Assembly (NCBI GenBank): GCA_973895155.1
Contig: OZ316896.1
Location: 3,448,738 to 3,512,737, forward strand
Reading direction: 5' to 3'
Source of the DNA: Marsupella aquatica
Taxonomy: Eukaryota; Plantae; Marchantiophyta
DNA length: 64,000 bases
How positions within the stretch are numbered: the stretch's first letter is position 1; the number at the start of each line of letters is the position of its first letter. The notes beneath the pieces were generated by a model. That model had not been told where the DNA came from. It searched no databases and saw nothing but the letters and a program-made list of their open reading frames with translations. The position numbers and the translations under genes are program-made. Shown piece by piece: positions 13,701-25,095 of the stretch.

Positions 13701-15428
13701 CCTACTCCCCTCAAATATGCGAGTACGAGCATGACGTTGAGCCTCTTCCCATTCCTTCTGCTGGCCCCCCCTAGAAGGATGAGTGGTGTTGTCGTCGGTG
13801 AAACCCATCTCCTCCATACCAATATCAGCATCATCTTCATAAAATTGGTTCATGAGCTCATCCATGGCCTCCTCATCTTCAAGCCGATCTTGGGTAGAGT
13901 CATCATCCTCATGTTGTACCTCATTCTCCTCCCCATCATTCGCCACCATGGCCTCAACAAGGTGTTGCCGCATAGCTCGTGATATTACCCCAATATCAGG
14001 CACCACATATTGATTCTATCATACAACATCAATGCATGCAATCTCATCAACATCAATATTGTGAACAACCAATTATCCAATGTTAAAAATGGAAAAGAAT
14101 CCGATATATATATGTATATATGTAAGTCCAAGAAACTATCTTGGACGGGAACGTAGGGACAATTTTGGTGCATCCCACTCATAATCACACAATAACTCCT
14201 CACCAGCTCTAATGGTCCTAACAGCGACCGTCATGATGTGATCATCCATATGTTTCACAAAATATGGAGCTCTAGGTGGACCAAACATCTGGATCCACTC
14301 TACATTAGCCTCCAAATCTCTACCTCTACCCGTGGTACTATTGATGTACCCTGCTAAATTACAATTCCGAACAGGGTCACCATCAATCATCCTACAATGC
14401 CACGGCCTAGTGAAGACCTCGTCTGGGTCTGAGTCCATCCTTAATGCGTACACCCCCCAACTTGGGTGTTGACGCAACAAAATGTTCCAACTCTTAGCGT
14501 TGTATACAGCTCCAATGTAAGGGAAAAGGTGCTCTCCATCATAGCCACGTCTCCATGGCTTTGGAGGGACAATAATGTCCTCCAAAGCATATAGACCATA
14601 TCCTATATCAGCACCAATGGAGGAATCTTTCACTATCCAAGAGTGACCCCATATCTCAACCGGTTCATTAATAGGAATGTAGTCTGGAAATTTGAAGAGA
14701 CTAGGATCAAAGTCTTTCAAAATGTCAGCTGCCCTACCAGTGAGATAAGATGCTCCAAACCGTCCATCAACCCCAATATAATCTACGTTGTTGGATGGTT
14801 GGGCACTGCCTAACACCTCCTCCCTGTTGTCTACCTGTTCCAGTGGCTCATATTGCCGTCTACATCTACGAGACCGTGGTCGTGTACGTAGGACTCTTGT
14901 ACACCCAACCTCCGGTCGAGAGACCGGTTCACCCTCTACATGCTCGACTATGGGGATAGGAGCAGGGGGGCTAAGAGGTGGATGGGCAAGGGGGGATGCA
15001 AGCAAGTCCCTTGCCCTTGCTAGAAACCCTTCTAGCCACACAGCATCATCAACCAAAGGAGGTGGGGGTCTACGAGGCACCTATTTCAACACACAATAAA
15101 TTAAGTAGTGTTATTTGAATGCAAGCTAATTATATACAATATTTCACCAATTGCCGTTTCATGAAATGAAAGGGGGGATGTATGTATAATTATTTACCTG
15201 GCTAGGCAAATAACCTGGCATATCACCCTCATGGCGACCATAGTTCTCAATGTGCTCACAAGTCTCCCAGGCATGTCGAACCACAAGTCCCTTGCATCTC
15301 ACACACCAGCAAGGTATGGGCCCTAGTGGAGCACGAGGACGGTCAAGAGGAGGGGGTGGAGGAACCTCCCCCTCGGACAAGCTTGTGTCAGAGTCTGAAT
15401 CCGATGTGGAACTATCGGATGTAGACAT
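10787..15428 (-). pseudogene. CACTA TnpD-like transposase (transposase-associated CxCxxC, Transposase_21, DUF4218, DUF4216). Predicted exons 15428-15198, 14015-12869, 12747-10787. In-frame TGA at 11452-11450.
   Basis: CWCVRC, IHACVNDCILF, RLGLAADG, YSVWPV, HDLPG, DPMH, KTHDYH, WMYWVER, KCKWF and DPFAFP motifs. GT/AG sites join the exons in frame. The stop is read through in frame into ORF 10787-11425. Confidence 0.9.
14136..15080 (-). CDS. SET-domain (lysine methyltransferase-like) exon inside the CACTA transposase gene
   Basis: GYGLYALEDI (SET motif I), YIG, DGDP...NLAGYINS (RFINH-like), ANVEW, VAVRTIRAGEELLCDY. AG acceptor directly before 15080. Open for 314 codons. Confidence 0.85.
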   Translation of the reverse strand: MPRRPPPPLVDDAVWLEGFLARARDLLASPLAHPPLSPPAPIPIVEHVEGEPVSRPEVGCTRVLRTRPRSRRCRRQYEPLEQVDNREEVLGSAQPSNNVDYIGVDGRFGASYLTGRAADILKDFDPSLFKFPDYIPINEPVEIWGHSWIVKDSSIGADIGYGLYALEDIIVPPKPWRRGYDGEHLFPYIGAVYNAKSWNILLRQHPSWGVYALRMDSDPDEVFTRPWHCRMIDGDPVRNCNLAGYINSTTGRGRDLEANVEWIQMFGPPRAPYFVKHMDDHIMTVAVRTIRAGEELLCDYEWDAPKLSLRSRPR

Positions 15429-16603
15429 CTACATACATATCCAACATGTAAGTTAGATTAAACAACTTCTTGTGTCGATGTATATACAAACATAATTAAG
15501 GAGATTTACATAGAGAGACATTGCCCTACGTACCTCAATGATACCCGCGCTTTGCTGTGCCTATTGGGCTATATTCTCGACACACAAAGTGTGGGATATC
15601 CAAAGTCTCTACAAGGTGGGCATTTCAATAGTGAGCTAAGTGAAAAAAGTGCACGACATGCACACCTCGGCAAACGATGTGTCAAACTTGCCAAAGTAAA
15701 CCTCTATGTTACAACCTGAGGAGAATACATGGATGGGTCAAGAAACATCATACCTCTTGGATGCGTGGTCTCACGCTATGCATAGTGCATTATCAAAAAA
15801 GACTACCAACCCCCCTCAAAAAAACTAATTAACCTACCCCTCCATGCCAAAATCAAGGTACTGCACATCATATCCAAACACAAACATTAGCCTAACAATG
15901 GCTTCATGTTATCATAAGAAAATGTACAACACTATCCTCATAAAAACCCTAAACCAATGTCTCAAGCAAGACTATATAAGAATTGCATCATTATAGCCTA
16001 ACATATTAGGTATGCACAACCAGAGTAAAATTATCCCCCAAAAAATGAAAATCAAGAACAAACCCAAAAATTGTATCCGTGAAGAAGGAACTAGTATGCA
16101 CAAGAGTCACATGCACGTCACGGTCACCCTCCCAGTGAGGTATGTATCACCCTACATCAAAAAACCTGTCAATTCAAATGGAAAGAAAATGTTAACACAA
16201 CCATACCCAACCCAAATTCAAAAAACCCCAAAACTCTAGAATCCATACCCAATTCAACCCATTTAACTAAACACATCACACCCCCTTAATTTGGGAAAGA
16301 AAAGGTGCATCCGAAAGAATTCTACGAGGGGTCCGATACTATAAGAAACGAACAAACCTTGGCAAACAAAAGGCAACCCATTAACAATGAGGGGTCCGAT
16401 GTCAAACATATCGGAAGGTCCGATACCAATACCGATGTTCTCGGCTTCGGAAAGTCCGAAGCAATTTGCATCGGACGCAACAGGCCAGATTTCAAAAAAG
16501 AAGTCCCGACGCTGGTGCGAAGACCTGCGAGTCGGGACAAGCTTCGCACTTGACACTTAGGCTATTGTCGAGGCTGGGAGGGGAGCTCAAAGGAGGAGGG
16601 GAG

Positions 16604-19115
16604 ATGGTGGGAGGTGAATCTGGTGGTGGGGATGGGGCTGGACCTTCTCGGGCATACGATGAGGTGATGAAGGAGATTTTTGTTGCTAGGGCCGGGTTGA
16701 GTGTGGAGGATGCAGCTAGAGTAGTCCCGCTTTTGCAGACCTTGTTTGATGCCTCAAAGATTGAGGCTGAGAAAGCTGCTGTAGCAGCCATTGCAGCTGC
16801 AAAGAAGAAGAAGAAGGAGGCAAAGAGAAGCAGGGCAGATGCAGAGGAGTCTCTCTCTCCTCGAAAACGAGAGAAGAAGCTTCGGAGGGAGGCTAGGGAA
16901 GCTGAGAAGGGGCGAGTAGAGGAGCTCAAGCGAAAGGAAGCAGAGAGAGTTTTGAGGCCTGAGCTACCCCTAAACTCAGGTGGCTCTCCATTACCCAGGG
17001 GCTACAATCTCTTTCGCAGCCAATTCAAACAAGTGGTGCGGGCCAATTTGGGGCCATTAGATTACTGGGGCAAGAAGAAGGAGAAAGAGAAATCCAGAAT
17101 TCGAGAGCAAGTGAAAGAACGATTCAAGAACGGGGCACACATTGATGATAGGTTCTTGAACAAGAGGATATCCGCCTCACTCTCAGACATGCGAAACCAT
17201 CAAAGAGAGAAATTCAGGAACTACCTTGCTGAGATGCCGATGGATGCAGAGGTGGTCAGGGAGCAGGGCTGTCCAGATGCGCTTTCCTCAGATGAGTGGG
17301 CAGCTTGGCTTGAGGAGGAACTAGCAGTCCGAGCCTGGCTGCAAAAATGTCACTACAATCTCGAAATCAGCCTGGCAGAGGAGAAGAGGAAAGCTGGAGA
17401 GGAAATTGACATCCTCCCCCTCCAACAGATGCTACGACAGTGGCATGCACAAGAGGTAAGACTCCCCAAGCCACCAAAGGACATCATAGCAGCTTTGCAG
17501 CGAGTGCAAGGTCGACCTGTGGTCACTCACCGGATGGGGCAAGGCGGCTCCAATCGACTGAAGGCCGAATTTGTAAGTCCCCTCTCCCTCCTCCCTAGCT
17601 CCTCCCCCCGACCACCTGACCTTCTGTTGTGAAGAGTGACCATTTTTTAGCCTCCAAATGCTTTAAACCCTTTGCGGCCCGATGGTGTAATTTGCTCTCG
17701 GCCCTGTGCTTTCCGATAGGTGTCGATTCTTTCTGCATCGGACCCGGCATCGGACCTCTTGTTATTCATTTTTTGGCACTAACGTTCTGAGGCAGTTCCG
17801 ATGCTAAGACAATCGGATGGAGAATCGGACCCCTCGTGGAAAGCTTAATTATCAGGTTTTGTGGCATTTTTAGGGGGCTTATAGCAATAACTGTTTAACT
17901 TTGGTATTAGGTTTTAGGGGTTTCATGATTGAGTAGCACTTTGTGGAGTTTTTTAAATTAGGGTTAAATTTGAGAACTAGTTTGATTAGGGGTTTATATA
18001 TAGGGTATAGGATATGTATGGGTATGTGGCAGGGGTCCTATTTTAAATTAGGGTTTACTATGATAACAGTTTTAATGAGGGGTATGTAGGGTGTGCATTA
18101 TGGGGTCCAAGATTGCTTGGTTTCATGCTAATGGGATATTTTGTTTGGGACTGTGAACTGCCAGGAAAGGGAGTGGGGTAGACCTATTGGGCCATCCGAG
18201 AGGGATTTGGCAAAGAGGAATGGACCCCGCGCTCTTAAGCGCCACCTTGAGGATGAGTTGGGAGAGGTTTGTGTTCCCCCTAGGTTATGAAAATGTTTTT
18301 GGTTATGGTGAATTTGTTAGAGTTTTGGAGGCCCTATATAAACTAATTTAACAACAATTTAATCCTAGCTATGTATTGCGTAGGAGGAGGAGTCAGGATC
18401 GGATGAGGAGTCAGGTGGGGCAGGTGATGAGGATGCAGGTGATGAGGACGGTGGTGATGAGGATGCTGGTGATGAGGATGCTGGTGATGAGAATGCAGGT
18501 GATGAGGATGCAGAGGATGCGGCAGGGTCGGCGAGAGTGGCCACGATTACCCCTATCCCTCATGTTGCCCCCACATCAGCAGAGGGTGCTGGTTCACATG
18601 ATGCTGATGGTGTGGGCTCCCATCATTCAGCAGCATCACGGGGTGGTAGGCCCGGGCCGTCAGGGGGTAGTAGAGGTTGTGTGGGACCAGGCCATCGGTC
18701 CGGGGTACATAGTGCACCAGCTGGCCCTCCACGACGAGGGACTAGTGACATACAGGATGGTGGTTCTAGGGGGCGAGCGCCATCTCGTGAGTCTGGTGGG
18801 AGTACAGCACGGCACGGGCCAGAGACAACACATGCAAGTGGAGCATCCCATCACTCGCGTAGGTCTACCGGAGAGGGCTCCTTCCACTCTGCTGTGTCGG
18901 GGGGTGGTGGGACATCTGTCTTGCCTGAGCACCGTAGTGGTGCATCTAGTGGTTCAGGGTCTAGACCTGCATCAGGCCAACCCACGCCATCCGCTGAGCA
19001 GGTGGCTACCACGGTTGTGGGCAGCCACCAACATGAGGGGTCTCGCGCTCCCGAACCTGTACCCCGCCCACGCTCTCGCCCAAAGAAGAAGAAGGGACGC
19101 AACACACCTTTTTAG
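16604..19115 (+). CDS. Second CACTA gene (TnpA-like/unknown), divergent from the transposase. Predicted exons 16604-17572, 18165-18266, 18384-19115.
   Basis: Three exons joined in phase 0 by GT..AG. Coiled-coil and basic NLS stretches, HRMGQGG motif, acidic GDEDA repeats, G/S-rich tail ending in PKKKKGR. Confidence 0.7.
18420..18520 (+). repeat. 15-bp coding tandem repeat GGTGATGAGGATGC(A/T), encoding GDEDA
   Basis: About 6 consecutive units visible. Confidence 0.85.
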
Positions 19116-20258
19116 AGGTTTGTGGTACATAGTGTCTGATAGCTTTGATTAGAGGTACCACATAGTGTAGGCCAGTTAGAGCCTCATTTTGGTGTTTCAT
19201 GTAGCCGTCACCGGCCATATGGCTCTACTGCCTACCTAGGCCCATTGTGAAAACCTGATATTTAATTCAACCACTACCTTGCTTTGAGCATGCTCTTTGG
19301 ACCCTATTTTGTCAATCTCAGCCTGAACCCTAAACCTAAACCCCCAAATGATTCCCATGAATCCAATATTAAACCCCCACAAACCCTAAATATCCATTAT
19401 TAGTCAAGCCGGTGACCCAGCTCATATCCGATACCATACGCTACGGAACTTCCGAAGTAAACTATTTCGGACCCCTCCTCCCAAATGTCCGATATTTTCA
19501 GCATCGCAATTTGCATTACACACCACTACGGATGTCCCGATACATATTGCTACGCAAACTCCGATATGTTTTACATCGGACTATCCCATATAAAATACAT
19601 CGGACCCTTGATATTACCTTTTGGTGGGCCTATAGTATCCGATGAAATTAGAATCGGACACAAATTATCCGAAACATTCAGTAACGGATGTACCGATTGT
19701 ATCAGAAATGGAAATTCCGATGGATGTCCGATTGTCGATATCCAATGGGTGAAGTATGGGAAAGTGCGAAGTAAATCACATCGGACGGGTCATTTTTCTG
19801 CGTCAAAATTTCTGAAGGGGTCCGATGTTGTTAGGATCGGAAAAAGGGCCGAAAATGTACTAGTGTAAGGACTGCATTTTGTCTTCTCAATTTTGACTTG
19901 AGAATGGGACCGAGCCTTTCAGGACTGCGTGTTGCTTTCAGTGATGTATTGTTGCTGTGAATTTTGAGTGAGATTGAGTACTTTGCACAATTTACATTTT
20001 GACTTTGTTCATTGTTGTGTACTGAAAGAAGACGATTGCACAGATCAAGTAATAAAAAAAAGTCAGCATTTACGTTGGACAAAACTTTCCAGTTCACAAA
20101 CAGCTAGACCAAACAACAATCCATGGCTTTAATAGATGTAGGGCATTGACCTAACAGAATTTAAAAAGTTACTAGAATCATTCTTTGACAGCATCGCTCG
20201 GAGAGTCTATGTCATCATCAAAGACACCTTCAGGCAATTCAACCTGTTCATGCAAGTG

Positions 20259-21520
20259 TCAGTGAAACAATGTCTTGGCCAGCTCCACATGCATTGAATG
20301 TGACCCCTGTATTTCATTTGTGAGTTCAATCACAGCATTGTCATTGTCATCTGCTAATCCAATTGTATGGATGAATTCTTCCATATCAATTGTAGCTCTA
20401 TTCACCTCAACTTGTGCATAATCATACATTTTCATAGTCCCAGCTTGTCTTAAATCCCCAAAACTTGCAAGGCATTGCTCCTGCAACCACAGTTTTGCAT
20501 CTGCTACGAGCTGCTCATCTCCAAAAACCTTGTGCATAATACATAAGTTATGCAGACATATATTGCTCCAACAACGTCAGCAACATGATCATTCTTCATT
20601 TCTATGCGTCTCAATACAATTTGCCACTTGCCTTTCAAAATGGAATATACATACAAGTTTGGATGGGATATGTAGCATCATCTATGAGTTTATACAGACA
20701 AAAATCTCCCCTTGGCTACTAGTTTTCCTTCCCATCACTGAGTTTACAAATAAGGTGTAGTCATGTAGAGAACCTGCCCATCCAAAGTCCCAATCCCAAA
20801 ATGTTGTTTCAGTGTCCACAATACCTTGCAAGTGAGCATAATAAAATCCCTTTCTGTTATGGAAAGGTGCCGGATCCCCCTCAGGGGCAATGATGAGAAT
20901 ATGAGAGCCATCTATGGCTCCCATAATAAAAGGCAACCCATGCTTATCTTCAAACTGGCTGCTAAAATTTTCAGAGATTCTTAAGTCCATTTCAGAACCA
21001 CAAGTGAATGAATGTATTTCAACACGGCTTGAGAGAATTGCCTCACAACAATACATGCCAAGCTTTCGCTCATTTCAAATAGGTCAGCACATCCAAGCCA
21101 GTAGAACTTTACTTGTACATAGTCTGTGCAATGATAAAGCAACCCTCTTTTTCAATGAAATTGCTCCACCCTTTTTTGACTTCTGCATGTCTTGGGCAAC
21201 TAGAGAACAGAGGTAAAAAATGTGGAAGGTTTGACTCGTAACCTTCTTGTGAACTCTTTCTGAGTACGGGAAGTCAACAACATTCTATCTACAAATGGAG
21301 ATTCACGGTCCAACCTCCAAATGGATCTAGAATGCAACGAGGGATGCAATCGCCAAAGACATTGGTCCCCAATGAGGCAATTTAATAGAATGATGCATTG
21401 TATTTGTTGTTGTGACCAAAGCAGCTTGCTGTCATTGGATAACTTTAGCCAAGATGACTTGCAACACCAGATTGAGGCAAATTATTACCAGAATTTTTGT
21501 TCTCCTCCTATGAGGCTGCA
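20259..21520 (-). pseudogene. PIF/Harbinger DDE transposase, degenerate
   Basis: EFTRRLRVKPSTF, GAIDGSHI, FHNRKGFY, LQGIVD, GWAGSLHD motifs, with several frameshifts. A candidate first exon (MEPREIL...ANGE) at 41687-41574 lies on the far side of the copia-2 insertion. Confidence 0.8.
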
Positions 21521-21638
21521 TCGTGATGAAAATAATTGATATTAAGAGTACAATTTTGCAATCTTAAAATGCATGAACAAAATTCCACAATTAAATTTGG
21601 CAGGGACAAGAACAACAAAAGCACACTTTTGACCTCTT

Positions 21639-22340
21639 TGTTGAGTATAGACGACAATCGCAACGGCAAGCCCATGAACCATCCAACGTACAAGAGTTGA
21701 CATAGAGAGATACGTGGTTCACCTGCACATGAGGCTACGTCCATGAGAACACACAAGAGCTTTATTGCACTCTAGGCCGACCGGCCATACCAAGCATCCA
21801 TAGCACAGGCTCTCCCTATCTCTCAACTAGCTCCATAACAATGAGCCTTAGTCCCCAAAGAGGCTGGCATTAGCCCATGCTATATACACAACAACACTAG
21901 GTGGATTGCATGATTGAGGACTACCATTTTAGTCCTTTTTTCTCCATAAGAAAGGACTCCATGAGCACTTAATAGGATTCCATGAGCACTGAATGTGCCA
22001 TATATCCCTTGATGGCTAGGATTGAGTAGTTGAGATTGAAAGGTTAGATCTTGCATGCCAAGTCTTTTGGAAGTGTGTCCACACTTTTCGAAAGTCCTTA
22101 CCTCTTGGAAGTGTGCCCAACATTTGTGGAAGTGTGTCATGAAGTATTTTTTTACCTAAGATGCTAATCTTGGTCGTTGACAGTCCTTGGATTAGTGAAA
22201 GGACTGGAGACTTTTTTGCCTCCTTTGGTAGTTCTCAATCATGCAATCCACCACTACCGCTAACCTTAGCTAAGTCTCAACCCGAGTTAGCCTAACTATG
22301 GTTAGCTCATGAGTCACAAGACTAAGAGCAATACCTAACA
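21639..22340 (-). repeat. 3' LTR of copia-2 (contains a MITE)
   Basis: TGTTGAGTATAG...CCTAACA matches 41046-41573. Confidence 0.93.
21900..22252. mobile_element. MITE, 353 bp, ~26-bp TIR, 4-bp TSD ACTA
   Basis: GGTGGATTGCATGATTGAGGACTACCA ... TGGTAGTTCTCAATCATGCAATCCACC. ACTA on both sides. Absent from the sister LTR. Confidence 0.92.
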
Positions 22341-22548
22341 AACTCCCCCTTGACTCTTGTCTTGGGGACTGGACTAATTGCTACCATGTGGAATCCTCAG
22401 CGGGAAGTTCTAGACAATCACCTAAACAGGTCTCCCCCTAAAAACCACAAGGGTTAACTAAGAGTTAACTAGAACTAAGCCGTAGCCAAATTGGAATGAG
22501 TAATCCATATACAAATACTCACAACATTGCTAAATAACTCTACTTGCA

Positions 22549-23628
22549 CTACAACTGCAAAACCTGCAAAGTAGCACGCTGTCTTGAGAAACTCTCCAAA
22601 GGAATCACTTTGGTAAAGACATCAGAGGGATTGAGCTTTCCATCAATCTTGACTAGCTCAAAAGTTTTATCAGACACTGCTTGCCTGATAAAATGGTACC
22701 TAATATCAATGTGCTTCACCCTGCTATCCATCACCTGGTTAGCAGCCAAGTGAAGAGCACTCTGACTATCACAGTTTAGAGACATTTTGCTATGCTCTAA
22801 CCCATCTCTGTGATCAACCTGTCCAACAAAATTGCTTTTTTTGCCGCTTCTGCTGTTGCAACATACTCTGCTTCTATAGTAGACTGAGAGATACACTTTT
22901 GCTAGGTAGATTTCCAATTGATACATCCTCCTCCAAGAGTAAATACATATCCAGTTGTAGATCTCCTTGTATCAAGATAGCCTCCATAGTCAGAATCTAC
23001 ATAGCCAATCAACGTCCTATCTGATCTAGGATCAAATAGCAATCCATAGTCCAGTGTTCCCTTCAGATACTTGAGAATCCATTTCACAGCTTCTGAATGT
23101 ACCTTCCTTGGATTTGACATGAATCTGCTAACCTTGCCTATTGCTAGGGCCAAGTGAGGCCTAGTACAAGTCATCAAATACATCAGATTGCCTATTGCCT
23201 TCTCATAAGGAATCTTAGCCATCAGACCTTTCTCCACAGCATCCGTAGGAGAGAATGTCGATGATAACTTGAAATGTGAAGCTAAAAGAATACTCACTAG
23301 CTTACAATTTTCCATGTTGAATCGTGCAAGTACCTTCCTCGCATACTTGCCTTGATTCTAGCACAACTGTCCAATATCAGAGTTCCTAAAAATCTCCATC
23401 CCTAAGATCCTCTTGGCCTTACCAAGATCCTTCATCTTGAATTCAGAACTCAATTTCGCCTTGAGTTTGTCAACCTCAAATTGATTTTTACCCACAATTA
23501 GCATGTCATCCACATAGAGAACCAAAATGATGAAACCAAACACATCATTCTTGACTGATTTTGTATACACACAAGGGTCTACACCATCCTTGTAAAACCT
23601 TGAGCAAACATGAAATCATCAAACCGTT
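22549..23628 (-). pseudogene. copia-2 RT/RNase H remnants
   Basis: LVLYVDDML, MKDLG, TRP.LA, GYVDSD..G, KHIDIRYHFIR, with stops and frameshifts. Confidence 0.9.
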
Positions 23629-25095
23629 TGTTTTTATGACACGGGTAACGTGTCACCCCGCGTGTCACTTAACAGAACACGGGTCCTAGATTAGGACTTA
23701 TACTGTCATTAGGACCGTAGCTGTAGCGTAGAGTAGTACAAATAAGTGGTGGACCTTGCCACCCAGTGCCCTCACCAATCCCAGCACTCGCGCCTAAATG
23801 CCCTTGGTGCTCAAACGCCTCCACAGAATATCTCGAGCAAGCACCCTAGTGCCCCTTGCACTACCAACGGCCCCTCCCATATAAAGCCACACTTGCTCTC
23901 CTACACAACCGCTACTCAACGGTCCTCACTATCTACACAAGCAACCAAGCATCTCGGTAAGTATCCTTCTGGATCTAGAACTTGCCAAGTCTAGCATCCT
24001 AACTCAAGCTCAACAGACGTTGGTAAATAGGTCAGCGATAGGTCCTCCCGATGCCATAAGCCAGAACCAGAACCCACGCCCACTGTTCGTCCAGGACAGC
24101 TCCTTCCTTGGGTGCGGCCCGGGTTCCCCCTCGTACCTATCCATCACCAACTGACCACCCTGACCTTAGGACATGCTCATGGCCCAAGTAGCGTAGCTTG
24201 TTCTAAAGCTTGTCCCAAGCTTGTCTCAACACGTCGGGACCCGAACGGCCCTGACTCTAACACCCACTCTCGGTTCGCCCCACTGATGGTCTAGGGACCG
24301 AACACTCTTGGGACTCAACCTCCACACCTACTTGGCCTTGCCTCCCCAACGCAAGCTCCCTTGGGAGGCTGAACGTAGCTTGGCTGCTGTTCGACAGGAT
24401 TTGGCAAGCGGGCGAGCTAACACCCGCAAACCATGAGAACCCATGGCACCCCCAGACCCATGGTTTTCCTTAGTGTTGCGACCGCCGCGGCTCACAACTT
24501 TGGCTCGCCCTTAGCCCCCAGGAAGACATCACTCCCCTCATATATGCTTCAAGAGACCTGCCACCCCCGGACCAGCTTTGGTCCCCAAACATTTGGCCCC
24601 CAATCCGGATCCCATCGCGCATAATGGGCGCGCCACCAATTGGCAATGCCCATAACTTCATTGGTAGGCATCCGCAAGCGGAGTGCCTTACCCCGTTGTG
24701 ACCGGGCCGACCCCGTGCTCTGCCTAGGCCCTCAGGTCTGATCGCCGCTTGGGGCCCCCGACCAGCCCAAACCTGGATCAGGTTACAACTTACGCCCCAA
24801 GCGTCCGTTGCCAATGGCATCAACTCCATTGGCCTTGGGCCCAAGAGACGCTCACTCCCAAGCCCTCAAAACTTGGAGCCCTTCCGACGGTCCGGACGGC
24901 CATCCTTGAGCCCGGCCCATTTCTCCTTGACCCTACCAGCCATAGGCTAGTCCATGTCCTTAGTGTGTGTCCCCAGCTTAGCCCCTTGCCTTGCTAGTGC
25001 CACATCTCATTGCTCACAAGTCTCCCCATGCTAAGTCCTCCCCGGATGGCCTATCCAGGCCTGGACCATAAGGGAGCTCGTCGTCGGAGTCAGCA
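23629..25095 (-). mobile_element. Solo LTR (~1.47 kb) of an unrelated retrotransposon, replacing part of copia-2 pol
   Basis: Minus strand runs TGCTGACTCC...CATAAAAACA. GC-rich and non-coding. Copia coding stops at KLESK on one side and resumes at KRFDDFM on the other. Flanks CCGTT/ACTTG do not match. Confidence 0.65.

Larger units (their letters stand above)
10056..19865. mobile_element. Complete CACTA (En/Spm) DNA transposon, 9.8 kb
   Basis: TIR CACTAGTACATTTT / AAAATGTACTAGTG (imperfect to ~29 bp). 3-bp TSD TAA (10053-55, 19866-68). Dense subterminal TCCGA/TCGGA repeats. Encodes a TnpD-type transposase. Confidence 0.97.

Noticed and set aside
17900-18070. TTAGGG/telomere-like motifs
   Set aside because: Scattered single copies in a TE intron, not an array.
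18376-19152. 258-aa Met/Arg-rich ORF
   Set aside because: Alternative frame of the GDEDA repeat exon; the splice phase supports the other frame.
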